Part shown: piece by piece, positions 42,754-51,834 of the stretch
Layout of the letters: each line of letters starts with the position of its first letter
Numbering within the stretch: position 1 is the stretch's first letter
Assembly (NCBI GenBank): GCA_965218785.1
Contig: OZ244650.1
Location: 1,696,001 to 1,760,000, forward strand
Direction of reading: 5' to 3'
From: Nitrosopumilus sp.
GTDB lineage: Archaea > Thermoproteota > Nitrososphaeria > Nitrososphaerales > Nitrosopumilaceae
DNA length: 64,000 bases
Translations under genes and position numbers: made by a program
The notes under the pieces: model-generated
The model's input: only the letters and a program-made list of their open reading frames with translations
What the model was told of the DNA's origin: nothing
Database searches by the model: none

Positions 42754-43823
42754 CAGTTCATCATACTCTCAAACACCGGGATTAGTTCATCCAAGGTATG
42801 GTAAACCGAATTTACATACATGAGGGTATATTCATCAGGAGCGAAACCGATAGTAGTTTTATGGTAATTCAGATCGTTTCCGCCATCATAAGCATGAACC
42901 GTCTTGCCGTCTCGGGTCATCTCCCTAAAGCCGCCATAATTTCCACTTTGGGATTCTCTGCTTTCCCACAAGGTCTCTTTTATGTCTTCTATTTCATCAT
43001 ATGGAGTACTGCTGATTTTTGCAAGAGCAGTATAGCCATCTGAGTTTCTAAACAAGGTGTGATAAGTAGCACCAGGTTGCAGTACATAATCAATTGGAAC
43101 GAAATAATACTTTACATAGTGTACATTTCTACCCGACTTGTACTCTTCATACTCGGAGTTGGCATACAGCAACCTATACCCATCAAGAATATGCGCCGGC
43201 ATCCAGTCCTCAATGTATAATCCGACACCGGGATTCTTTGAATATTTTGTATGGGGCACGGATGTAAACGTGGTTGATCTGCTGGTCTCACCGCTTACAT
43301 CGCTACTGGGAAATACCAACTCGGCGCCCATTACTCTGTCATATATTGGGGGGCTTGGTGGGCTTCTCTGATGTGCTGGTGGATACTCCCTGCCGTCATC
43401 TACAAACTCTACAGTGGATGCAATGTTTAGTGTGACAGTTGTTATCTCTGAAACATCATCATCATCTGTATGGGCCTGTACCACATTAACTGACTCTCCG
43501 CCTATTTTCACGCTGTCTTGTACTGATACAGTATCCCGAAGATCCGAGTGCTCAGAGACTGATGCTGCCAGGGGCTCGGTGCTCTCAGCAACTAATATCC
43601 TCCACCCCTTCTTTTCGGCAGTCTTTTCTGATACACATGCAGGAGATCCGTTATCCCGAATCACCAGGACTCTATTCACTTTACACACCACGTCTTCGGG
43701 TAATACACCGGATTCTATCTGTTTTTTCGGAGATATGTAATCAGAGTAAGATGGCATGGTAATGCCTGAGAATAAAATTAATGATAATATCACACCTGTG
43801 AAAATGATCCCTGTTTTTTCCAC
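42753..43823 (-). CDS. secreted hypothetical protein with an N-terminal SPKKQ...C...PACV...GW domain
   Basis: Signal peptide; domain also at the C-terminus of the 15695..16583 product; coupled to the large surface-protein gene. Confidence 0.8.
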   Translation of the reverse strand: MEKTGIIFTGVILSLILFSGITMPSYSDYISPKKQIESGVLPEDVVCKVNRVLVIRDNGSPACVSEKTAEKKGWRILVAESTEPLAASVSEHSDLRDTVSVQDSVKIGGESVNVVQAHTDDDDVSEITTVTLNIASTVEFVDDGREYPPAHQRSPPSPPIYDRVMGAELVFPSSDVSGETSRSTTFTSVPHTKYSKNPGVGLYIEDWMPAHILDGYRLLYANSEYEEYKSGRNVHYVKYYFVPIDYVLQPGATYHTLFRNSDGYTALAKISSTPYDEIEDIKETLWESRESQSGNYGGFREMTRDGKTVHAYDGGNDLNYHKTTIGFAPDEYTLMYVNSVYHTLDELIPVFESMMN

Positions 43824-43892
43824 ACAATTGGATTTGTAACATACGATAAAAGAATTGTGATCAAATGTTCTGTCGGGTTATCGAGTGGTAAA

Positions 43893-45060
43893 TTAGACTA
43901 AATTTCCTCGGTAAAGGAAGGCATTTTGGATTAACGTAATCCACTTGTTCTTACCATCCACCTCGATCATTGAAGCCTGTGCTGGAATTTGACCTTTCAA
44001 TGCACCGTGTTTTTTAGTGAGATTGTAATATGCCTTCATACCATCAAGTATTGGGGTATCCATTTTCTTAAGACCTCTAAAGACTTTCTCACGCTCTCTA
44101 ATCTCACCATTTAGACGCCCCATTTTGTTATTATTGTCTAGGTCTCTTTTTCCTGCAATATGGATATGTCTAATATGTTTTGTTTGTTTACCAAACACCT
44201 TCCTGGAGGATTTCATGTATGCAGGAAGGCCATCAGTTACAAAATGAGAGGGAGATTTCCAGATCTGGGCTTTGGTCAGTTCCAGTAAAGAATCTGCATC
44301 ATCATGTTGGAACTTTGTCTCTGCCTGGTCTAATGCGATCCAATATCTGGAATCATCATCCATAGAGGCAAACAGGTACTTTTGATTTCCGACGATTTTT
44401 ACCCATACCTCGTCTGCCCTGACCCAGGCCTATCGCTGGTTCTTGGGACTATCTCGTTTAGGTAATTTGAAACCATAGCCAAATATTTTGCTATCCAATC
44501 ATAGATGGAGCTGTGATCAACGTCTATGCCCATCATCTCGAAATTACACTCAATGTCCCCGACGGACATTCCCTGATAGTACATTTGAATGGCTTGGGTT
44601 ATGGTTCTCTCGTCATGTCTCATTTTCTCAAATCCGAAATTGGCCGTAAATCTCCTCTCACAATCCAGGCATTTGAAAGTCTGGGAATTGTCTTTCTTGG
44701 TCTTTCTCATGCCCCATTTTTTGATATTGCCTGAATCGCAGAATTTGCAGATCTTGATTAATTCTCTCTCAATGATTCTGAACCCATCATGGCCAAAGAC
44801 GTTCTTTCTGACGTATTCCAATACTACCTTGATATGCTTGCAGTCTGCCCCCGGTCTGATGGTCTGGACATTCGCAGACTAGGCCATTATTGGTTTTGGA
44901 TATGATATAAAATTTTGAAGGGTCTGTCTGGACCCCACTTTGAATTTATCCATCCCTATCTGTGAGGCATGGTTTTCTTTTGACATGATCTGCCCTGCCC
45001 TCTCCTGCATTGCGTTTGTTGTAGGAACCGTCTTGGGTCTGTTTGTCATCCTGAGCGTTG
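43893..45060 (-). pseudogene. frameshifted IS6-like DDE transposase (SWIM finger, Zn ribbon, HTH, DDE)
   Basis: Fragments CECPDH...CKHIK, CKFCDS...CLDCERRF, ADEVWVK..QKYLFASMD, FVTDGL, NNKMGRLNGEIR in three frames. Confidence 0.82.
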
Positions 45061-45270
45061 ACTTTGGATCAGAGGCTACTTCCGGTATGATTGGTAGGAT
45101 GTATTTCAGAGCATAGAACTTGTCTGTATTGTTATATGAAAAGGCGGGCATTTCAAATTTCAGGTCAAAAATTCTAGAATTTGTGTATCATTGTGACGGG
45201 CCACTTTGGGCGGGGGTCGTGCCGGAGGTAGCGCTTGATGCTGGAGGTAGAGCCTTTGTAGTGGATCCCT

Positions 45271-45368
45271 AGTGCTGGAGGTAGAGCCCTAGTGCTGGAG
45301 GTAGAGCCCTGGTGCTGGAGGTAGAGCCCTGGTGCTGGAGGTAGAGCCCTGGTGCTGGAGGTAGAGCC
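45271..45368 (+). repeat. 20-bp tandem repeat (RGTGCTGGAGGTAGAGCCCT) x5
   Basis: Read directly from the sequence. Confidence 0.92.
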
Positions 45369-45568
45369 TTTGTAGTGGAGCCTTAGTGGAGGTGGAGCCC
45401 TAGTGCTGGAGTTTTGACATGAACTCTGGGAACAGGAGTCTTGAGTTGAACCCTGAGCCGCTATGGTATGATCTATGATATGAGCCGCTATGGTATGATC
45501 TATGATATGAGCCGTGAGACATGAAATGAGCCGTGAGCCGTGAGATGAGCCGTGAGATATGAGTCATG

Positions 45569-45681
45569 AGCCCTCAAAGTTGAGTCCCCAAAGTGTAGCC
45601 CTCAAAGTTGAGTCCCCAAAGTGTAGCCCTCAAAGTTGAGTCCCCAAAGTGTAGCCCTCAAAGTTGAGTCCCTCAAAGTGT
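45569..45681 (+). repeat. 28-bp tandem repeat (AGCCCTCAAAGTTGAGTCCCCAAAGTGT) x~4
   Basis: Read directly from the sequence. Confidence 0.92.
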
Positions 45682-45696
45682 AGACCCCGGAGAGTT

Positions 45697-45828
45697 GTGA
45701 GCCGCCAGGACGTGAGCCGCCAGGACGTGAGCCGCCAGGACGTGAGCCGCCAGGACGTGAGCCGCCAGGACGTGAGCCGCCAGGACGTGAGCCGCCAGGA
45801 CGTGAGCCGCCAGGACGTGAGCCGCCAG
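45697..45828 (+). repeat. 15-bp tandem repeat (GTGAGCCGCCAGGAC) x~8.8
   Basis: Read directly from the sequence. Confidence 0.95.
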
Positions 45829-45865
45829 ATATTTCCCGTGGTCTGAAAGTCCAAAGTGAGGCGGC

Positions 45866-46020
45866 GGCTTGTTCAAAATTTTCTCCAGAAAATTTTGGGG
45901 ATTGGTAGTCAGGCTTAGAAAAGCCTGACGGGGTGGTACAAGGACTCGTCAGAGTCCTTGAGAAAGATGTTGAAGTTCCGGAATCAGGTTCGTTTTTTTG
46001 AAATGACGAGGGTAATGCGA
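45866..46020 (+). repeat. conserved multi-hairpin element, copy 1
   Basis: CAAAATTTTCT/AGAAAATTTTG, GTCAGGCTT/AAGCCTGAC and CAAGGACTC/GAGTCCTTG hairpins plus a tail ending TAATGCGA. Confidence 0.9.
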
Positions 46021-46057
46021 AAGAAAATCTGAAAGCTGGCTTGTGATCCGTATGAAC

Positions 46058-46290
46058 AATTCATAAGCTACATAAGCATAATTCATAAACTACATAAGCA
46101 TAATTCATAAACTACATAAGCATAATTCATAAGCTACATATGCACAGATCATATGCTTCATATGCACAGATCATATGATCCATATGCACAGATCATATGA
46201 TCCATATGCACAGATCATATGATCCATATGCACAGATCATATGATCCATATGCACAGATCATATGATCCATATGCACAAATCATATGTTT
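46058..46290 (+). repeat. two abutting 22-bp arrays: AATTCATAARCTACATAAGCAT x4 and CATATGCACAGATCATATGATC x7
   Basis: Read directly from the sequence. Confidence 0.93.
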
Positions 46291-46871
46291 CATATGAAAA
46301 CCAGTGCTTAAATTAATTTATCATATGTTTCATATGAAATCAGAACAAAAAGTACATATCAGAAAATTTCAGTGCACACAAAATTCATCTTGCACACATG
46401 AATTTGAAGAATTAAATTCCAAGACTTTGGAAGAAATGGGGGATTCAGAAAGAGATTGTTTCAGGTCACGGTTTCCAGAATCTGCATGTTATTGTGATGG
46501 GTTGCTTTGGACTTGGGTCCGGCGGAGGTGGAACCCTGGTGCCGTAGGTAGAGCCTTTGTAGTGGAGCCTTTGTAGTGGAGCCTTGACATGAACTCTAAG
46601 AACAGGAGGCTTGAGCCTTGAGCCTTGACATGGGCAATGACATGAGCCGTGAGCCGTGGTATGAGCCGTGAGATGAGTCGTGAGCCCTACATGAGACGCG
46701 AGCCCTCAAAGAGGAGAGCCTCCAAAGAGGAGAGCCTCCAAAGAATAAAGCCCCGAAAGTGGAGGGCCCAGAAGTGTAGCCCTCAAAGTTGAGTCCCTCA
46801 AAGTTGAGAGCCACCAGGACGTGAGCCGTCAATTATTTCGTGTGATCTTTGTGAAAATCTGAAATGGGGGG

Positions 46872-47029
46872 GGCTTGTTCAAAATTTTCTCCAGAAAATT
46901 TTGACGGGTTGGTAGTCAGGCTTTGGGAAAAGCCTGACGGAATGGTACAAGGACTCGTCAGAGTCCTTGTGAAAAATGTTGATGTTCCAGAATCAACTCG
47001 TCGTTTTGGTGTTTGTGAGGATAATGCGA
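46872..47029 (+). repeat. conserved multi-hairpin element, copy 2
   Basis: All three hairpins and the tail are present. Confidence 0.9.
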
Positions 47030-47088
47030 GTTGAGATGCTGTGAGTAGACAGGAATGGTGGTTGTATCATACAGTGAATGCCGGTAAT

Positions 47089-47220
47089 TTTGTAGACAAT
47101 GCCTACAAACTTTGTAGACAATGTAGACATGTAGACATGGAATTGTAGACAATGTAGACAATGTCTACAAACTTTGTAGACAATGTAGACATGAGACATG
47201 GGGTTTACGTGAGACATGGG
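47089..47220 (+). repeat. TGTAGACA-based repeat array with palindromic core TGTAGACAATG(T/C)CTACA
   Basis: Read directly; ~62-bp higher-order unit x2. Confidence 0.85.
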
Positions 47221-47384
47221 GAAAAATAACCAATATCCTCTAGGGTCAAGTGCCCTCTTCATGGATGTCCTGTCATGAAATAATTAGGTCGTTTTGATTG
47301 TAGGGTGTCTGGGGACCTGGTTCGGTCACGATCCGGCGTGTGGTTGGTTCATGACTTTCTCCCCTCCTCCAAGTTTTGTGTGTG

Positions 47385-47508
47385 TGGTGTAAGGCCCCCA
47401 GCGGGGGTCTGTAGGGGAATGGTACAAGGACTCCGTTAGGAGTCCTGAGAAAAGATGTTGAATTTCCTAGATTGGTTCGTTGTTTTGATGTTTGTGAGGT
47501 AAATGCGA
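47385..47508 (+). repeat. conserved element, copy 3 (divergent)
   Basis: AGGCCCCC/GGGGGTCT replaces hairpin 2; AGGACTCC/GGAGTCCT hairpin 3; tail GTTTGTGAGGTAAATGCGA. Confidence 0.8.
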
Positions 47509-47525
47509 AGAAAATCGATGTGCGT

Positions 47526-47584
47526 ATCTTTACAGACTTGAAAGATAATCTTTACAGACTTGGGGGATAATCTTTACAGACTTT
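47526..47584 (+). repeat. 22-bp tandem repeat (ATCTTTACAGACTTGRRRGATA) x~2.7
   Basis: Read directly from the sequence. Confidence 0.88.
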
Positions 47585-47669
47585 ATGATCTTGAAAGAAT
47601 ATTCTCTGTCATGTATGTTCGAATGTAAAAACCAACACTGTAATGCTTTCCATGACATTCTGTCATTAT

Positions 47670-47826
47670 GCTTGATACAAAATTTTCCCCAGAAAATTTT
47701 AACGGTTGATAGTCAGGCTTTTTTCAAAGCCTGACGGAATGGTACAAGGACTCGCCAGAGTCCTTGTGAAAGATGTTGATGTTCCAGAATCAACTCGTCG
47801 TTTTGGTGTTTGTGAGGATAATGCGA
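47670..47826 (+). repeat. conserved multi-hairpin element, copy 4
   Basis: All three hairpins and the tail are present. Confidence 0.9.
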
Positions 47827-47865
47827 GCTGGACTGTTGTTCGTGAAAGATGCAATATGTCTGAAA

Positions 47866-48059
47866 AAACGTGTTTCTACTGTTGTTTTAACATGTTTAAC
47901 ATGTCTGAAAAAACCTGTCAAACGTGTTTCTACTGTTGTTTTAACATGTTTAACATGTCTGAAAAAACCTGTCAAACGTGTTTCTACTGTTGTTTTAACA
48001 TGTTTAACATGTCTAAAAAAACCTGTCAAACGTGTTTCTAATGTTGTTTTAACATGTTT
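47866..48059 (+). repeat. 54-bp tandem repeat x~3.6 (AACATGTT/AACGTGTT cores)
   Basis: Read directly from the sequence. Confidence 0.92.
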
Positions 48060-48135
48060 GGAAGAAGACATATCTGTTTGACAGATGTCATTGGTACTTT
48101 GGCGGTTCAATCCAGGCTGTCTTAAATTATTCCAG

Positions 48136-48259
48136 CGGTTGATAATCAGGCTTTTTTCAAAGCCTGACGGAATGGTACAAGGACTCGCCAGAGTCCTTGT
48201 GAAAGATGTTGATGTTCCAGAATCAACTCGTCGTTTTGGTGTTTGTGAGGATAATGCGA
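48136..48259 (+). repeat. conserved element, copy 5
   Basis: Nearly identical to copy 4 over 47703..47826 but lacks hairpin 1. Confidence 0.9.
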
Positions 48260-48288
48260 GCTGAACTGCTGTTCGTGAAGATTGAAAA

Positions 48289-48444
48289 AAAGTACTTTTG
48301 TGGTCGGTATTCGACCCCTTTGTGGTCGATACAAATGTGGTCGAAAGTACTTTTGTGGTCGGTATTCGACCCCTTTGTGGTCGATACAAATGTGGTCGAA
48401 AGTACTTTTGTGGTCGGTATTCGACCCCTTTGCGGTCGGTACAA
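48289..48444 (+). repeat. 55-bp tandem repeat x~2.8 (TGTGGTCG cores, GGTCG..CGACC palindrome)
   Basis: Read directly from the sequence. Confidence 0.92.
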
Positions 48445-48508
48445 GTCATCCAAGAACCCGTGCCAATTACCAGTCCAAAGCCTATGTGGGGGTGTCGGGT
48501 GGGAAGAG

Positions 48509-48585
48509 AGACACCGGAATTGCCGGTGTCTATGTTTTGGTTTTTTATTTTGATTCGTCGTTTCGATGTTTGTGAAGGAAATGCG
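48509..48585 (+). repeat. conserved element, copy 6 (partial)
   Basis: Different-sequence hairpin AGACACCGG/CCGGTGTCT at the hairpin-3 position, then tail TCGTCGTTTCGATGTTTGTGAAGGAAATGCG. Confidence 0.65.
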
Positions 48586-48621
48586 GGTGAATAATTTATT
48601 CGTGGAATTTTAAAATGGTGC

Positions 48622-48731
48622 AAAAGAGGTCAGTTTCTGACTGAAAAGGAGTCAGTAGCAAGTGGGTCAAAGGTGCAAAAGGAGTCAGTTTCTGACTGAA
48701 AAGGAGTCAGTTTCTGACTGAAAAGGTCAGT
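48622..48731 (+). repeat. 22-bp repeat (AAAAGGAGTCAGTTTCTGACTG), 2 tandem copies plus degenerate copies
   Basis: Read directly; GTCAG/CTGAC palindrome. Confidence 0.85.
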
Positions 48732-48959
48732 AGTAAAAAGATGTGACGTAAATTAAGTCAGTATCTTGAATCATTCTGAAATAATGGACATGGAAGAAAC
48801 ACATAAAAAAATTACAACAGAAAACAAATTCGTCATTTATGAATGGTGTTAAAGTGATGAGCCGGGACTCGGCGGCTTGGATGGCTGGGATCGGGTCAGA
48901 ATACCTGCAAACACGGGAATAAGAAATAATACGGCAGAGATGATGACTAGTTAAGTCCA

Positions 48960-49166
48960 TCATGAAATATCTTTGTTTGAATCAAGAATTATTTTTCGGA
49001 CTTTGTTTTGATGGGCTAGTAGGTCTTCCCTGAATTTATTCAATTCGCTGCCCATCTCATCAAATTTTTTTAAGAAATTTTTATAGTCATTGTAAGACAG
49101 TGTAACCTGTATTGATTTGTTTTCAAGGTTCTCTGTATCGTGAACTGAAAAGGTTTGATTATTCAT
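48960..49166 (-). CDS. small hypothetical protein divergent from 49217
   Basis: 68-aa ORF with a helical, coiled-coil-like C-terminus. Confidence 0.5.
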   Translation of the reverse strand: MNNQTFSVHDTENLENKSIQVTLSYNDYKNFLKKFDEMGSELNKFREDLLAHQNKVRKIILDSNKDIS

Positions 49167-49216
49167 AAAGATACTACGAAGGAATTGTATTTCTACTAGT
49201 ATGGTGTATAGTTAGT

Positions 49217-50605
49217 GTGGAGTATAAACGGGTGGCAAAGCAAAAGGATATTTGTAATTTCCTCAAAGACCGAGGTTCCAGCAAACGAGTGGATATTATG
49301 AGATACATGACAGAGGACATTAAAGAATCCAAGATCAGTTCGGTATCTGAAACAACTGCAAATAACTGGATTAATATCATGAAAAAAGCCGGGGAAATAA
49401 AACACAGGGGGGATAAATACTACATTCCAAAACCAAAAAATACAAAATCCAAGAGTCAAAATATCTTAAAATCACAAAAATATGATCAACTAGAAAAAAC
49501 ACAAGAAAAAATCCCGGTTGTTGCTGATTTTACCACAACAACAAAAGAACATGCTGTTCTCGCAGAATCACTACAAGATACCTTCTTTTTACTAGACGCT
49601 GCCATGTACCTGCTTGATAGCATACAGATGGATGACATTCGCGCAAGAGAGATAAAAGATAAGTCAAGATATCATTGCAGGATATTCAAGGCTTCAATTG
49701 AGAAAATCATAAATGAGAGATTTGTGCATCTGCTAGAGCCATGCCAGAACAAATACCGAGAATCAATAGAAACAGCATGGAACCAATATTCGGAAAAACA
49801 GGTACATCCTGCAAGAATGGTATTTTCCAAAATTAGCGACTTTAGACACGCATTTTCTGACGTTATCTTGCAGATGCGCCAGTGTTGCGAGAATAACTGT
49901 AAAAGATTTGCACGATATGAGACTGATTACAAAGACGCGGTTTACACGTCATGTAAACTGATATCAACATCACTAAATGAAATATGTAGAAACGACTATG
50001 ATCTGGTTGTTGATTCTTATGAATATGACGACAGGTTGGGATTTTTTACAATCAACATATCCGAACTTGAAATGTTGTCATCTTATGCCATTACACAGGT
50101 TTACTGTAATGGAAAATACTGCACCTTTGTGATTAATGATGGGAATAACACAATCACGCCATCAGACTCTGATTATGCAATTTCGTTTTATCCTGATAGT
50201 GAGACAGGTGATTCCTCAAAGAATACCGTTAGCATAATGCTTGGATGCATAGAGTTTTCATTCATCATTAATGGAAAGCATGGCATTTCCATATTCCAGG
50301 ATCACATAAAACAAGATATCGTACAGTTGGATTCAGTTTATCCGCAATCCAAATCAGACACCATGATGCTGACCCCCGGGAGGGAGGGAGGGGAGATACA
50401 AGACAGGATAGAATCACTTTATGGGAAAAAATTTGTCTGTTCATATTGCGGCAAGGAGCATCCATGTAAACTATGGATGGGGCACCCCCACGAAAATGGG
50501 ACATCAGACAAGGACGATAAAAAATACTGGATGATGATAAAATGTCAGAATAGCGGCAACTACGTTTCATTACAGCAGATTCTCAATGGAATTATTAAGG
50601 AATAA
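49217..50605 (+). CDS. hypothetical protein with a putative N-terminal winged helix and C-terminal Zn-binding motif
   Basis: KDICNFLKDRG...SETTANNWINIMKKAGEIKHRGDKYYI; CSYCGKEHPC...KC. Confidence 0.7.
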   Translation: MEYKRVAKQKDICNFLKDRGSSKRVDIMRYMTEDIKESKISSVSETTANNWINIMKKAGEIKHRGDKYYIPKPKNTKSKSQNILKSQKYDQLEKTQEKIPVVADFTTTTKEHAVLAESLQDTFFLLDAAMYLLDSIQMDDIRAREIKDKSRYHCRIFKASIEKIINERFVHLLEPCQNKYRESIETAWNQYSEKQVHPARMVFSKISDFRHAFSDVILQMRQCCENNCKRFARYETDYKDAVYTSCKLISTSLNEICRNDYDLVVDSYEYDDRLGFFTINISELEMLSSYAITQVYCNGKYCTFVINDGNNTITPSDSDYAISFYPDSETGDSSKNTVSIMLGCIEFSFIINGKHGISIFQDHIKQDIVQLDSVYPQSKSDTMMLTPGREGGEIQDRIESLYGKKFVCSYCGKEHPCKLWMGHPHENGTSDKDDKKYWMMIKCQNSGNYVSLQQILNGIIKE

Positions 50606-50612
50606 TCCAATG

Positions 50613-51776
50613 TCAGGTAGGTCCGGTCTTTGTGACAAAAACCCTGTCAACTACATCTCTTAGTGAATCATACTTGTCATCTATCCTGTCTAGTCTGTTT
50701 TGCAGTGATTGATTCTCACGCTCAAGTTCTCCCATTTTTTTATCACTGACTGTAATCTGCTGCTTCAATTTTCCTCTCAACTCATATGATTCAGATATGA
50801 CAAGATGTGGTACTGCCTTGCAATACTGCTCAATCAAATAATCCTCAGATGGCTTGTAATAGTTTTCGGCGTGACCCATGATCTTTTCAACATCAAGTGT
50901 CTTCATTGCACGTTCTGCATTTGTCTTGAAATATTTGCGAAATCCATGAATCTGCTTAAAGTCATATCTTTTCTTTACGTCTTCTCGCATGTTGATCTTT
51001 TTAAGAAATCTTCCCATCATGTTGGCAATGGTTTTTGATGTTACCGGTTTGGCAATCCTTGGATCTTTTGGCCTGCTTTTGCGGTATGTGTTATTGTCCC
51101 ACGCATCACGAATTAACGGTGAACTTGCAGTAATGTCCTCACCCGCTGCTTTTCTTGCATTGATGTATTGCTGTATTACGCCATGACATTCGGATGTTAC
51201 AAATGTTGTATACTGCTCGTTGTCCCCCCGGTATACTAGAATCTTGGCACCGATCAGATTATCCGGATCTTGTATTGGTGTGATATCGCCGTATGTCATA
51301 CCCTCAAATGCGCCAACACGGATGCCGGATGTTGCACAAATCAGTATGACGCACCTGGTTCTAAGATCAGCCGAATCTATCATGAATCGTATCTCGTCTA
51401 TTGATGGCGCCCTGTCATTTCCTGTCTTTTTTGCATGCGGTATCATCTTGGATATCTTTAGCCAGTTTATGCCTGATTCAACGTCATTCATCTCAAAAAA
51501 GTGTCGTAGCGCGCCCTTTGAAAGCTGCAAAGTGGAGCCACTGACCTCGTTTTTTCTGTCTTCTATGTAATCAATTATGATGTTTTGTGTTTTACGTGGA
51601 GATCTCTTTGACATTAGTAATAGCTTGTCAGGCATCATATCACAGTAATTCAAAAAATATGACAGTTTTTTAGAATAAGTCTGCTTTGTTGATTCTGTGT
51701 GAAATCCCTTTAGAAAATTTTGTATGGATCTGCAATCAAACAATTCATTTGGAATTTCTATTTTGGATTTTTTCAT
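50613..51776 (-). CDS. tyrosine recombinase/integrase
   Basis: Catalytic residues in SGIRVGA (R), HGFRK (HxxR), MGH and NYY; adjacent to the tRNA att site. Confidence 0.93.
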   Translation of the reverse strand: MKKSKIEIPNELFDCRSIQNFLKGFHTESTKQTYSKKLSYFLNYCDMMPDKLLLMSKRSPRKTQNIIIDYIEDRKNEVSGSTLQLSKGALRHFFEMNDVESGINWLKISKMIPHAKKTGNDRAPSIDEIRFMIDSADLRTRCVILICATSGIRVGAFEGMTYGDITPIQDPDNLIGAKILVYRGDNEQYTTFVTSECHGVIQQYINARKAAGEDITASSPLIRDAWDNNTYRKSRPKDPRIAKPVTSKTIANMMGRFLKKINMREDVKKRYDFKQIHGFRKYFKTNAERAMKTLDVEKIMGHAENYYKPSEDYLIEQYCKAVPHLVISESYELRGKLKQQITVSDKKMGELERENQSLQNRLDRIDDKYDSLRDVVDRVFVTKTGPT

Positions 51777-51834
51777 TTTTCTCTATATTTTAGTAGAATA
51801 TGGGAAATAATAAGTATTTCCACACGGATTGTAG

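Noticed and set aside
43860-45160. Terminal inverted repeats of the IS6-like element
   Set aside because: A GTTCTGTCG candidate exists near 43867, but no matching partner was found at the other end, so boundaries were not called.
45630-48623. ORF-track repeat proteins (WRLTS, SRQDV, AAHVL repeats; 277-aa ORF 47790..48623)
   Set aside because: Open in several frames and on both strands as a by-product of stop-free repeats; neighbouring 20-, 22-, 28- and 55-bp periods do not preserve frame.
45200-48731. CRISPR array
   Set aside because: Tandem units abut without unique spacers, the dispersed element is too long and irregularly spaced, and no cas genes are in the window.
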